From Octopus bimaculoides (lineage: Eukaryota): a stretch of 64,000 bases of DNA. The number at the start of each line of letters is the position of its first letter. Position 1 is the stretch's first letter. The notes under the pieces are model-generated. The model ran no database searches, was not told the DNA's origin, and was given only the letters and a program-made list of their open reading frames with translations. Where the stretch lies: the NCBI RefSeq assembly GCF_001194135.2, contig NC_068982.1, positions 5,158,604 through 5,222,603 on the forward strand. The letters are read 5' to 3'. Positions 26,471-40,166 of this stretch are shown in pieces. Position numbers and translations under genes: made by a program.

Positions 26471-27515
26471 AATTTTAAAGAAGTAAATATCATGATGAAT
26501 TGTATGGCCCCACCCAAGGGCCATACGGACATCCTGTTGAGAACCACCGAATTAGACAAAATAGTTGAATGCTAAAGGGTTTAAATGATGGCAATAACAC
26601 CAACACTAACCCCTAAACACATTTTCTGAAACACTCCGCTTATTTGCCATAATATAGCATTCAGCAGAGTGCATTTCGGTCCACAAAGTAACCAATAGAA
26701 ACATGTAGCTTTGTCATGTGTGCATTATCTGCTGATAGCAACACCAGTCTGTTTTATTGTTGATTCACACAGTGATGTAGCTGATTACAATGTAAATGGA
26801 AATGTTTTTTATTTATCTTTATTTTTAATAGTTTATTAACAATTCAATAAAATTTAAAGCACAAATTTCATTTGACATATTCATTAGTTTTATTCTTGTT
26901 TTGTATATTCTGGTCTTTGTTATTATTTTCAAAATTGTTTCTGATACACTGTGCATTTGTTGATAATATTTTATCTATATTCATGAGCAAGAATAATTAT
27001 TTTTGCCATATCGAAATTAGACTTCTGCCTCATGGATCCAAATACAATTTCTATTAATAATAATGGATTCTATTAAGTAAACGTTACAAATGATTGCTGA
27101 TACTAAAACAGACCTGTAAAAAGTGATAATCATAGACAAAAATCTATGAGGTCTGCTCTGAACGCTATTTCAAAGCTGTCATATTAAATTAAATTCCAAA
27201 AGACACTCATAAACATACTAACTTTTTTGGTGAATGTTAAAGTGGAAATTGTTTCATTTGGCAAAATAGATTTTTTCGCCTTCCGACAAATCTCACTTTC
27301 AAAACATAAATTATGGAGGTTTTTTTTTTCGTTGTCAAGTTTTTCAAAACAAGTTACTAGCAATCGAATAATAATATTTCTGTAATTTAATAAACTTATT
27401 TAAAATCCATATAATCCACATTTTTATCATCAACATCATAATTTGATGTGCATTATCCATGCTCGCATGGGTTGCACAACACACACACATGCTTGCATGT
27501 ACACACACACACACA

Positions 27516-27518
<3 letters not shown>

Positions 27519-27600
<82 letters not shown>
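27519..27600. repeat. (TA)n microsatellite
   Basis: Perfect dinucleotide run. Confidence 0.97.
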
Positions 27601-27611
<11 letters not shown>

Positions 27612-27643
27612 TGTATTCATATATGTATGTATTTATATTTATA

Positions 27644-28027
27644 TGTGGCAAGTAACTTGCTTACCAACCACATGGCTCCGGGTTTACTCCTACTGCATGG
27701 CATCTTGGGCAAGTGTCTTCTACTATAGCCTCGGGCCGCCCAAAGCCTTGTGAGTGGATTTGGTTGACGGAAATTGAAAGAAGCCCGTCGCATATATATA
27801 TGTGTGTGTGTGTGTTTGTGTGTCTCTATTTGTCCCCCAACATCGCTTAACAACCAATGCTGGTGTGTTTACGTCCTTGTAACTTAGCGGTTCGACAAAA
27901 AAGACTGATAGAATAAGTACTGTGCTTACAAAGAATAAGTCCTGGGGTCGATTTGCTCGACTAAAAAGGTGGTGCCCCAGCATGGCTGCAGTCAAATGAC
28001 TGAAACAAGTAAAAGAATAAAAGAATA
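27644..28027 (+). mobile_element. tRNA/CORE-type SINE
   Basis: Same family; follows (TA)n. Confidence 0.85.
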
Positions 28028-28147
28028 TACTTATGTATATTTGAGTGTACACATACACACACACAAAAACATACACACACACACACACATTCATATCTAT
28101 CTATCTATCTANNNNNNNNNNNNNNNNNNNNNNNNNNNNNNNNNNNN

Positions 28148-28180
<33 letters not shown>

Positions 28181-28561
28181 CATTCATACATACGTACGTA
28201 CATACACATACAAACATACTTTGCCTTCGTATGTAGTTTTAGCTTTCGCTGTGTTAAAATGAGAAAAACTCTTCCTGAATAGATTGATTGTGATTAACTT
28301 TCTATTGGTGAAATAGAATTAACAAACCAACAAAATCTCGTCAATTTATCTTTTATTTTTTACTTGTTTCAGTTATTATACTGCGACCATGCTGGGGCAC
28401 CACCCTCAAGAACTTTTAGCCAAATGAATCAATCCCAGTACTTATTATTTTTCAAGTTTCATACTTATTCTATCAGTCTCTTTTGCTGGCCTGCTAAGCA
28501 AGTGGAGGGGAGAGACAAACACTCAGACATATATACATATGTATATATATATGTGAGAAGA

Positions 28562-28958
28562 CCCGGCAAGCCAAGTGAGATCGTTGCCAGGGCCCCTGGA
28601 CTGGCTCTTGTGCGGGTGGCACATAAGATGTACCATCTTGAGCGTGACCGTTGCCAGTACCGCCTGACTGGCCTTGTAGGGTTTTCGAGTGAGATCGTTG
28701 CCAGTGCCCCTGGACTGGCTTGTGCGGGTGGCACATAAAAGTCACCATTTCGAGCGTGGCCGTTTTCGTGCGGGTGACACGTAAAAGCACCCACTACACT
28801 CTCTGAGTGGTTGGCGTTAGGAAGGGCATCCAGCTGTAGAAACTCTGCCAAATTAGATTGGAGCCTGGTGTTGCCATCCGGTTTCACCAGTCGTCAGTCA
28901 AATCGTCCAACCCATGCTAGCATGGAAAGCGGACGTTAAACGATGATGATGATGATGA
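28562..28958 (+). mobile_element. Non-autonomous RTE-type (bipartite) element with internal tandem units and a (GAT)n tail
   Basis: ggttggcgttaggaagggcatccagctgtagaa motif; ends catggaaagcggacgttaaac(gat)n. Confidence 0.75.
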
Positions 28959-28993
<35 letters not shown>

Positions 28994-29869
28994 ACAAGCT
29001 TCTTTCAGTTTCCATCTACCAAATCCATTCACAAGGCTTTGGTTGGCCCGAGGCTATAGAAAAAGAAAATTGCACAAGGTGCCATGCAGTGAGATTGAAC
29101 TATGAACCATGTGGTTGGGAGCAAGCTTCTTATCACATAGCCACATACTTCCATTGCTTACCGAAGGGCATCATACCACTCCTTCATCATCATCATTATC
29201 ATCATCTTCGTTTAACGTCTACCTTCCATGCTGGCATGAGTGGGACGGTTTGACAAAAGCCAGCCAGGCAGAAACCTGCGACTGTTTTGGCAGGATTTTT
29301 ACGGCTGGATGCCCTTCCTAACACCAACCACTCAGCAGAGTGGACTCAGTGCTCTTTGCATGGCACAAGGTGCAGGCAAGGTCAGTCATTATATTTATTT
29401 GATCCTATAATATTTATTTAATCCTATAATACATCTTGTTACCAATTCTTGATGCTTCAAATACGACAGACTTTACAATGAAAATAACAAAATTGAAAGC
29501 TTGGATAAGATTTAAGGATATTTTACATGTAAACAAATTTATTTTATGTAAGCAATTATATTTGGCATTTGTTGCAACTTTTTCAGCCATACATTTAGGT
29601 TTGCCAATATTTTTTTTTCCTTTTCAGCATATTGATAATTTTAGGCATCACAGGGTCGGGGTTAAATGAAATTATTTGTTGAGAGTTAATCATTAACATT
29701 AACAAGATTCAGGCCATTGACCACTTTGCTGGTTGCCAAGTGTTCTATTGACTTAATCATCTACATTCTCCTTAAACATTAAAACTTATATACAAAACAA
29801 TTCATTGTATTATTTTGGTTTTATCACCAAATTTTTGGAAAGTGATACCTTGAAGGTTTATTCTTTTCT

Positions 29870-30300
29870 ATTCTAGGTACAAGGCCTGAAATTTTTGTGG
29901 GAGGAGGCCAGTTGATTAGATTGACCCCAGTACGCAAATGGTACTTAATTTATCACCCCCGAAAGGCTGAAAGGCAAAGTCGTCCTCAGTGGAATTTGAA
30001 CTCAGAACGTAAAGACAGATGAAATGCCTCTAAGCATTTTGCCCGGCATGCTAACGATTCTGCCAGCTCACTGCCTTTAATATTCTTTTCTACTCTAGGC
30101 ACAAAACCTGAAATTTTTGGGGAGGGGCCCAGTCAATTAGATTGACTGCAGTACACAACTGGTACTTAATTTATCACCCCCGAAAGGATGAAAGCAAAGT
30201 TGACCTCAGCGGAATTTGAACTCAGAATGTAAAGGCAGATGAAATACCACTAAGCATTTTGCCTGGCTTGCTAACGTTTCTGCCAGCTCACCACCTTAAC
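29870..30300 (-). mobile_element. Two tandem copies of the Nin-like SINE
   Basis: The repeated ttctaggtacaaggcc...gccagctcac units. Other copies lie at 5175, 6465-6800, 22345, 32790, 34770, 41531 and 43720. Confidence 0.85.
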
Positions 30301-32584
30301 CTGAAGGTTTATTATACACTAAGCAAATGTGTTGGGAAATCCTGTAAAACTAATAGGCATTATGGCATCATTTGAAAATTTACAGGCACAATTTCTTGCT
30401 GATGTAAGAAAATGATCTTCTGATAACTCTTCTAATTTCAGGAAGATGCTCTTGAATAATTTTCAATTGCCATATTCTAAACTCACTTAAGTCTTGAACT
30501 CTGAACTAACATGGCTTCCTTTAATTGAAACCATGAGCTGCTCCTCAGGAAAGTACAACTTCACATTTTGTCACTTGAATAGTTGTTAGTTGAGTTGATG
30601 AACGGAACGTGAAGAAATAACTGAACACCACCCGCGAATATTAAACAGAAGATTTTATAATTGTCTTTTACAGATAACAACAGCAATAATGGAGAGAGAT
30701 ATCACTTGGAGTTTATAGCAAACTATTGATACTGCAGCGTGTGGCTTGTCCAGCATAACTGGAAACAATTGTGCTGTATATGTGATGATAGTGGTTCTTG
30801 GTCATTTGTCTGAGCTATCTGTGTGGACCACCTGATGTGGCAACAATGGAGACACATGTCACACAACTGCCTCAACATTCTGCAATTAATCACTGCCAAA
30901 AGTGACCTTTTATAGGACATAAGGAGGAGGAGATTCTAGAAGATTGAATCACATGATGACTTGATGCTGATTGGGTGCTTAATAGACCAATCACTTGAAA
31001 GAATTGTAGTTTTGTCATGATGTCCGACTGAGTACCCAGACACTTGGTTCTGGATCTCTGCTACAGCATCTAGTTAGAAATTTAAATAATGCAGCCAAAG
31101 AACAAAACACGATACCAGATATATAATATAAACCATGAACCTTTCAATCAATTAACCTATGACATATTGGAAACATAATCTGTTGCAGCTTTTGCATAAA
31201 GGTTTTACTGTCAAGCATTATACTTTTGTCAGCTGTTGCTTCTAAGAGGTATTTACTTTCTTATTTTGTTGTGTTAACTTCAATTGTACAAACGGCTAAT
31301 ACATTTCAGATTGTTTTGAAGACAACATTGAGCCAGCCACTAGAACAACAGCACAAGGCTCCAGTTTTACTCGCAGACTCTACAAAGTCATATGTTGATG
31401 TCAATATGACTAAAATATTCATTGGATATACCTAATTCTGAGCTACTAAGAACACAGGAATAATAGAATTATATCAAGTGCTAGAGCTCTGTTGTGATTT
31501 TGTATTAAGTCCTCTGTTTTTTTTTTTTTTTGGTTTGTTTGTTTGCTTTCATGTATAAACCCAAGAAGTGTGGTTCATAAAAGAATGTGAAATCTATGAA
31601 CCATTGTAAAACAAAATCAATTTAATCAATATCAGATTACAGTGTATATTTGCAAAAAAAACCCCCAAAGAATCCACAGAGGAGGTCAATTTCTTTGTAT
31701 TCTCTACAGTTCCAACTCAGACAAAAGCCTTTAAATAGCCTAAAATAAGACCAAGTAGCTGTCTCGAGAATGACCTATGACAGAAATTTATAGGATGAGA
31801 CCATTGAAAGAGATGCTTCCGGCTTTAATCTTTTTGCTGATTTTCTTTATTTGTTTCTTTCCCCCTCACCTTTTTTTTTCTGTTTTTATCAATCTTCTTC
31901 AAGCTTAGACAAGCTGAATGCTTCTGGACATACAGAAATTTGTATATAATGTTGTGACTAATATCCTATGACTTTGTATTCTTCCTAACCCCTTGGAGAC
32001 TATATTTCCAATAAGAATTAAACGGCTTCAGTTTTAATTCATTATTAAAACAATCAAGTGTTTGGAAGAAATTTAGTTATAATAACTAATTTTCATTCAT
32101 TGGTTTTATTTCATTCATTGGTTGCTGTTGATGATGATGATGGCATTGTTTGTTATTGGTGTTTATCCCCAGGTCAGCCCTGATCAAACAGACTTATGGT
32201 CAAAGGTTTCCACCCATGCCATCTTTTAGGATTTCAAATACTGTCTTGCCCCATAAGTCATTCATTTTCCTACATAATCTTGTATGTCATTTCTTTTTGA
32301 AGCCAGTAGGATGTGGTATGAAGGACATTTGGCTATTATTTCAAGCAAGTAAAATGACCACTAGTTCCTCGTTCATTAAGCTGGTGTGTGGAAAATAACT
32401 TGACAAAAGGTTCTTACACAAATTTATAATGGATCAGTTATGAAACAGAAATTATGTGACCCAACCACATGGTTCTGGGTTCAGTCCCACTGTGTGGAAC
32501 CTTGGGCAAGTATCTTCTACTATAGCCTCAAGCCAACCAAAGCGTTGGGAGTGAATTTGGTAACTGGAAACTGAAACAAGCTTG

Positions 32585-32634
<50 letters not shown>

Positions 32635-33995
32635 GTGTCTTTGTGTCTGTGTTTATTCCCTACCATTGCTTGACAACTGGTGTTGTTGTGTTTACATCCC
32701 TATAACTTAGCTGTTTGATAAAAAAGACTGATAAAATACATAACAGACTTGAAAAAGAAAAACCTAGCTCACCATCCAATTTCTGTACTTATAATCTTTT
32801 CTACTCTAGGCACAAGGCCCAAAATTTTGGGGGAAGAGGGCTAGTCAATTAGATCGACCCCAGTACACAATTGGTACTTAATTTATCATACTCAAAAGAA
32901 TGAAAGGCAAAGTCGACCTTGATGGAATTTGAACTCAGAACGTAAAGACTGACGAAATACCACTAAGTATTTTGCCCGGCTTGCTAGCATTTCTGCCAGC
33001 TTGCTACCTTAATCCTGTACTTATAATATTTGAATACAATATTTAAAGTATCATTTAAAGTTGAATGGGTTTTCCTGTTCACTATTACATTGAAGTAGAA
33101 AGTAATGAGTGTTGATTCATATAGTGGGTTGAAGTGGGCCAGAAGTATTTGGTCAGTAACATCGTTCAAATGGCCGAGGGGCCTTGCTGGAGGGAGAAGG
33201 GTAAGGGAGGTCATGTGAGTGGAAGGACAACTAGCATGGGCCTCTTTTGCCTTGGGGCTGTCACTGGGGATGGACATGGTGGCTGCATGAGTTGAGGGAA
33301 TTTGCTGTTTAGCTCTGGCCAGTGGTTTGGCATGTAGGGCTCACACAGGTACATCCCGGTTGGAAAGGATTGATGTTGTGACAGGACCCATGAGGTATGT
33401 GAATTACATCTTTTTATCTCATGCCACAATACAAAATAATATCTAAGAGTTCAATTTTTATGACAGAAAATAATTATTACAATGAACAGAACAAAGAATA
33501 CCTCAGAAACTTGTTATCGTACAAATTCATGATGATTCATTATTCATTATTCATTGTTCTCATAATGGCTAACCACCAGCATAAAGGTCAAGCTCAGTCT
33601 TGGTTCTCGGTCATTAAAACAACCAAGAGTGCATATCTGTGGCTAAATGTTTATATTACAAGACGCAAGAGCCAGCGGCAAGGATCTCCAAGACAAACAA
33701 ATCAATCTCTGTCAGAATTCATTTTCCATTGCTTTTATAATAGTGTTGCCAAGAAAATTGGCTCAGACTTCATTTCTATAGTACTTAGTCCATTTATGAT
33801 ATTAATTTCAAACAATGAAATTGCCTGTAAGTATCAAATGACGACTGTCTAGGATTGTACCCACTCAAATGTTCACACCTGATATATATTTACAAAGGTG
33901 AGAAAAAGAATAAAATAGTTTGAATGGCACAACAATACACTATAATACAAACAATGGACTACAACAACTGTTGTAAATTTAATCATCCAGAGTCT

Positions 33996-34034
33996 GATAT
34001 GATATTTTGGAATAAAATTCCTTCTTCAGATATC
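33996..34034 (-). ncRNA. Minimal type I hammerhead motif with a G12A lesion
   Basis: GATAT-CTGAAGA-A-GGAAT(TTT)ATTCC-AAA-AT-AT-C-ATATC: perfect stems I and II; CCAAAA in place of CCGAAA is consistent with CpG decay. Confidence 0.55.
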
Positions 34035-34560
34035 CTTAGGAATTGATGGTTTTCCAACGGATTTTCTTTTTTTTTTTCTTTCGGAAGCAGTCTCAGCAGT
34101 GATCTCACAAAGCTTCTTCCGGAATTCCTCATGAGAAGTGGGTGAGGTCAGCCATGTCTCAATCTCATGTGTGTTTGCACATCCATAGCACTGCTTTTAA
34201 GTTATGTGTTATACATGCAGCTTCCCTTATTTTCCCTTCCCCTTTTTTCTCTTTTTTTTTTTGGTTATAAACAATATATAAGCATGTTATCAAAAATGAA
34301 CTTACACGCATCCTGATGTAGCTAAATAATATATTGATTACCAGCCTCCAGTCTGTTGTTAATTTGGGGCCCTAGTATGAGAATTTTCGCCAATCTCCAG
34401 TTTGTTATTCGGTAGATTTGTGCCAGTATCTAACCATTTCTGAAGAAGTGGAAGTGAATAATAGAGCAATAATTCTCGTAGAAGAATTTAGGGTGAAACT
34501 TTAATTCAAATACAGCCATTTGTGTAGGTTGGCAACATGGGTGCAGGAAGGGTCTTGGAT
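34026..34560 (-). pseudogene. Decayed coding-like relic of uncertain origin (possibly a LINE 3' end) ending at the hammerhead motif
   Basis: Frame 34196-34026 is open (KQCYGCANTHEIETWLTSPTSHEEFRKKLCEITAETASERKKKRKSVGKPSIPKDI*); upstream patches are only weakly LINE-like. Confidence 0.3.
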
Positions 34561-34598
34561 GGATTGGCTAGTATTGAAAGAGTTAATACTATCTACAC

Positions 34599-35129
34599 CA
34601 GTAGTTCCCAAACATTTTCAGGCTTCTGCTCCCTTGGCACCCAGGCCACATTCCTATCACCCCCCCTCCCCACCACAAATATAGACCCCCTCCTTTCTGC
34701 AGTAAATTCAAAACAACTGTATTTCACAAATAAAACTTAAACCTAATTAATCTATTAATATTTTTAATTAAGGCAAAGAGCTGGCAGAATCGTTAGCACA
34801 CCGGGAGAAATGCTTTGCGGTATTTCGTCTGTCTTTATGTCCTGAGTTCAAATTCCGCTGAAGTCGACTTTGTCTTTCATCCTTTCGGGGGTCAATAAAT
34901 TAAGTACCAGTTGTGTACTGGGGTTGANNNNNNNNNNNNNNNNNNNNNNNNNNNNNNNNNNNNNNNNNNNNNNNNNNNNNNNNNNNNNNNNNNNNNNNNN
35001 NNNNNNNNNNNNNNNNNNNNNNNNNNNNNNNNNNNNNNNNNNNNNNNNNNNNNNNNNNNNNNNNNNNNNNNNNNNNNNNNNNNNNNCCACCCACCAAGGG
35101 GACAGTACTATCCTATTTGGGAACCACTG
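34599..35129. mobile_element. hAT-like MITE interrupted by a SINE and a gap
   Basis: CAGTAGTTCCCAAA...TTTGGGAACCACTG; 8-bp TSD atctacac / atctacag. Confidence 0.75.
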
Positions 35130-35794
35130 ATCTACAGAACTATATATTTTTTTGAAACTGTTCTGTGCCATAGAGGAAATCTGTCAATCCAGACTCTCCA
35201 TCTCTGGTTTTCTTTAGACTGTTTTAGTAGACTGAGAGATGATTAGCCGTTCACTCATCCCTCCTCCATCCTTTGGAAGCAAAGGACACAGTGACTAGGT
35301 TCCGCACGACCCGACCAAAGTGTAGTAGTGAAGCTGGTTCTGAGAGAGTCTGTGAGAGAGACTGGGAAAGAGAGAGAAAGGGAAAAGATGAGAGTGGATG
35401 AGAGAGAGAGAGAGAGAAGTAGAGAAGAGTTAGTATTTTCTATCTGTTACTTGTTTCACTCATTAGACTGCGACCATGCTGGAGCACCACCTTGAAGAGT
35501 TCTTAGTCAGACGACCAGTGGTTAGTCATTATGAGAACTAATTTCCTTCTTTTCTTTTTAAGCCTGGTACTTACTCTATCAGTCATTTTTGCTGAACTGC
35601 TAAGTTAGTGAGATGTAAGCACACCAACACTGGTTGTCAAGAGGTGGTGGGGAACAAACAAACACACATGCACACACACACACACACACATGCACTCACA
35701 CATACACACACAAAGTCATAAATGACAGAGAAATAGTTTGATGAAATTTTAAGAAGCTTTTTAAATGATATTGGATTACTTGAGACCATATATT

Positions 35795-35950
35795 GTGGCT
35801 GTGTGGTAAGTAGCTTGCTTACCAACTACATGGTCCTAGGTTCAGTCCCACTGAGTGGCACCTTGGGCAAGTGTCTTCTACTATAGCCTCGGGCTGACCA
35901 AAGCCTTGTGAGTGGATTCAACAGACGGAGACTGAAAGAAGTCCATAATA

Positions 35951-36001
<51 letters not shown>

Positions 36002-36224
36002 GTGTGTATATATGTTTGTGTGTCTGTGTTTGTCCTCCCAACATCGCTTGACAACTGATGCTGGTGTGTTTACGTCCCTGTAACTTAGTGGTTCAGCAAA
36101 AGAGACCGATAATATAAGTACTAGGCTTACAAAGAATAAGTCCTGGGGGCGATTTGCTCAACTGAAGGCGATGCTCCGGCATGGCCACAGTCAAATGACT
36201 GAAACAAGTAAATGAGTAAAAGAG
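35795..36224 (+). mobile_element. tRNA/CORE-type SINE
   Basis: Same family; flanked by opposite-strand fragments at 35445-35700 and 36245-36330. Confidence 0.85.
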
Positions 36225-37038
36225 TATATATACAGATACATATAACAGGCTTCTTTCAGTTTCCATCAAATCTGCTCACAAGGCTTTGGTTGGTTTGAGG
36301 CTATAGTAGAAGACACTTGCCTAAGGTGCCACCAATGCAGCCACATTTGTGCCTATTTTGTTTATTTTCTTCTTCTGTACATTTAGTTGTACATTTTGAT
36401 TTTGTGTTCTCATTGGTTTATTTAACTATTGTGTGGCTTTATGTGTAGTGGCCATTTCTGGATGCTAACATATAATGTGTGTAAAGGAAATTTTGAAAGT
36501 TAGTGAACCACACCTCTTATTTCTGTTGGATATCCCCAGGTACCAAGGGCAGACCTTCATTAAGCAAAAATAAAACTTTTTTTTCAAGCACTCCCAAAAT
36601 ATTTCATTTGTAATACTTGAAATATAACAAACTTGGAAGGAAAAAATCAAAAAGACATTTTCATTGTACAAGAGTCTATTAGTAATAATAATAAAAACAA
36701 TAATGCCATTATTATTGTTGCTGTCATATATTGCATTAAAATAATGTGATTTGGTACTGAGAAGTTCAAGCAGAGTGAAACATTTGGTCTTCTGTAATGA
36801 ATCGCATTATTTTGATGCAATGCCTTATATTATTCTTGACATTTAACCCTGCCTTGAATCCTTTGAGAGTGGTATCTTTTAAGTTCATAAAGAACTTTCC
36901 GAAAGACTCAATAACCTTACATCCTAATTCTTTATTTTCCTTTAAAATTTTACTGTAGCTGCTGCTGCTGCTTGTGGTGCCTATCATCAGATGGTCTGGA
37001 ATGACAAATGGTATCAGACTCTAAGAAACACTAATCTA

Positions 37039-37932
37039 CAGGGTGTGTGGAAAGTAACTAGGCATGAGAAATTGCTGATAGAATTTTTAGTATCACTGAA
37101 GTCATGACAAAAAATTTTTTAAACAGACAACATTAATGGTTTTTTTAATTTTCTTATTGTCTTATTTCTTATTTTCTAGATGGCCGGTTGCATCATTGTT
37201 CAGGAGTGAGCTAAGATAACAGCATGCTATAAAGTGTGGGATTCCATTGTTTTGGTTCAGAGATGATGGCGTGTATGGAAACTTAAGCATGCAACACTAT
37301 GTCCGGAGACAATAAAAAGTTGCCATGCAAAGCTGATGACCACAGGCTCTGTGAACAATGCAAGAAATGGCTGGCCGTCCAACCACATCTCGATCAGCAG
37401 AGAATGTGGCAACAGTGCAGGAAATGTCTAATCACAGCCCTCAACAATCAACACGTCAAGCAGCTTGTGAAAGTGGACTAACAAGACACACAATACGTAC
37501 GGTGTTGCATAAAGAATTGAATTTTCGTTTGTGGAAACCCCATTACGTGCAGGAGCTAAAACCTGAAGACTGTGATCACAGAAGTCCAGAACTCCAAGAA
37601 GTCCAGATTTCACTCCATGTGATCTTTACCTGTGGGGTTACACAAAAGAGGAGGTGTACAAGACAAAACCTCACACACGTGAGGACATTGAGACATGGAT
37701 TCAGGAGGTTCTCAATGATATCCCAGACAACATCCTTCAGAAGGTTGTTCATTCCATTCCTGGCCATTTGAGGAAACTGGTTGACATCATCGGCGCTTAC
37801 ATTGAAATATGAAGATTAACTTTCATTTCCCCATGTAACAAAGAACATGTATCATTTGTTTCAATAAATTTTTAAAAGGGATATGGATTTTAGCAGCAAT
37901 TTTTAATGTTTACTTACTTTTCACCCACCCTG
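37039..37932 (+). mobile_element. Internally deleted Tc1/mariner element with TIRs and TA target duplication
   Basis: TA-CAGGGTGTGTGGAAAGTAA ... TTACTTTTCACCCACCCTG-TA. It retains the N-terminal part (GRPTTSRSAENVATVQEM...WKPHYVQELKPEDCD) fused to the C-terminal PRSPDFTPCDLYLWGY...GAYIEI*; the catalytic middle is missing. Confidence 0.9.
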
Positions 37933-38952
37933 TACATTAATCTAATCTACATTAACAAATACAAATCTATATTTCATCATCATCGTTTAACATCTGCTTT
38001 CCATGCTAGCATGGGTTGGATGATTTGACTGAGGACTGGTGAACCGGATGGCTGCACCAGGCTCCAATCTGATCTGGCAGAGTTTCTAGATAATCCTTTT
38101 CTGCCGATTAGAGAACGTGGTTATTTATAGTTACATAATAAGGGTAAAAATTATATATATATATATATATATATACATATACGACTGGCTTCTTCCAGTT
38201 TCTGTCTACCAAATCCACTCACAAGGCTTTGGTCAGCCCGAGGCTATAGAAGAAGACACTTGCCCAAGGTTCCACATAGTGGGACTGAACCCGAAGCCAT
38301 GTGGTTGGTAAGCAAGCTATTTACCACACAGCCACTCTTATAATTTATATCTTTTATACATCAGAGGACTCTTACTGTTTCCATCGACCATCAGTTTTTG
38401 TTTCAACCATTCTCTTATATTTCTAATATAATTTTCTTCTTCATCAGGAATTCATCTGACTCTTTAATGCTGTCATCTGCCATGTCATTCGGGCTAAGTA
38501 AACAGTCAGCCATGTTCACCAGTTAATTCTCTTATTCCTCCTCTAGAAACAGACAGCAGCAGTATAAACATCTAGTTATTGTATAAGCTGGTAGATGAGT
38601 TTTAACATCGTTGCTGATGTGTCTGTTCACAGAAACAACTGCTGATGTTTGTACCTGCTGACCACTAGACATTTCCACTTAGCCTTTAACTTGTTGCAAA
38701 ATCTTACATTATTATACTAATTTGTTTCCTTTTTATTACACACTAGCTTAAAAGCTGCATTCCATGTGGACTTTTAAATTAGTTCATGCGGAGGGCTAAT
38801 TGGGACTGTGACTCAAAACTAAAGAGAGAGAGATAATATTAAAGCATTTATTGGTACCTTACCAATATGGTAATACTTTAAATTCAGTTTAAACGACAAA
38901 CTTGCAAGTTCACAAATTTTTGAAGTTCTTTTGAAATTTGAATAGAAGATAT

Positions 38953-38990
<38 letters not shown>

Positions 38991-39820
38991 TGTTTAACGC
39001 CCGCTTTCCATGTTAGCATGGGTTGGACGATTTGACTGAGGACTGATGAACCGGATGGCTGCACCAGGCTCCAATCTGTCCCCCACCACCACTTGACAGT
39101 AAAATAATGTTTAAAGACTTATTGGCTTCAAATTTAAGGTAATGGATTACTAACCACAAGATAATGACTTCAAAACTTCATACTGAACTTCCGCTCTATA
39201 TGATAACGTTATATGTACATCTTAGTCTACTTGACTTCCAACAATTAATAATTATAATTTGAAGTTGAATGGTTAGCAGTAAGAAAGATGTCCAGATTTC
39301 TTTAAAAATTATTGTACAAAATAATTTAAGAAAAAGTAATTTTTCACCACAACACGCACAAATGCATATAGAGGTGCGTCTGTGGTAACTTGAGCTACTA
39401 CAAACAGCAACCAAATCTCTCTTAAAACACATCCTTTCATCAAAAGAAAAACACAGATTTACAATATTTCAGGAAGAAAAAAACTATGCAATGGCTCTGC
39501 TACATCAGAGGAAACTCTGGGCTAAACAAAACACAGACAAACATACTTCCCATTAAAAGGTTATCTACTAAATAATACTAATAAAGTTGATGATATAGGC
39601 AGAGCTTCCTCCTTTAGCTAAAGACCTCAAAATTGTGTGACCTAACCTTGTTTTCGAGATTACTTTTGTAGTAAAAACAGGGTTGTTGTGCAAAAAACAT
39701 ACTTTATTTGGTAGCTGAAAGATAATTGAATCTTTTGCTACCTCATGCGTCAAAATCGGCAACTCAGTTTTTGAATCCAGAAGGAACATATGCACACACA
39801 TACACACACACATTTTGTTT

Positions 39821-39874
<54 letters not shown>

Positions 39875-40166
39875 TATGACAGTCCTTTTCCACTTTCTGT
39901 CTGCTGGGTCCATCACAGGGCTTTGGTTGGCCCAGGTTTGTTTCAGGGGACACTTGTTTGGAGTTCCACGCAGCGGGGCTGGGTTTGGAAGCATGTAGTT
40001 AGGTAGTTAACTTAAAAGGCTTACTTCCCAAATGCATAGTTCCAAGTTCAGTCCCACTACATGGCACATTCTGCAGCTGTTTTCTGCTGTGGTTTCAAGC
40101 CAGCCAGAACCTTGTAGCAACAACTCACCATTCAAAAAAATCAAAAAACCATTGACAATCATAGGT

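Noticed and set aside
28465-28887. ORF MKPDGNTRLQSNLAEF... (similar at 1892)
   Set aside because: Antisense reading of the repeated RTE-type element.
28875-28900. CTGACGA...GAAAC on the antisense strand of the RTE-type element
   Set aside because: No stem II or stem I, and the triplet is GAT rather than NUH.
33421-33852. 143-aa AT-rich ORF
   Set aside because: No motif and a composition like non-coding DNA.
36766-36987. 73-aa ORF with faint RT-like flavour
   Set aside because: Similarity too weak to call.
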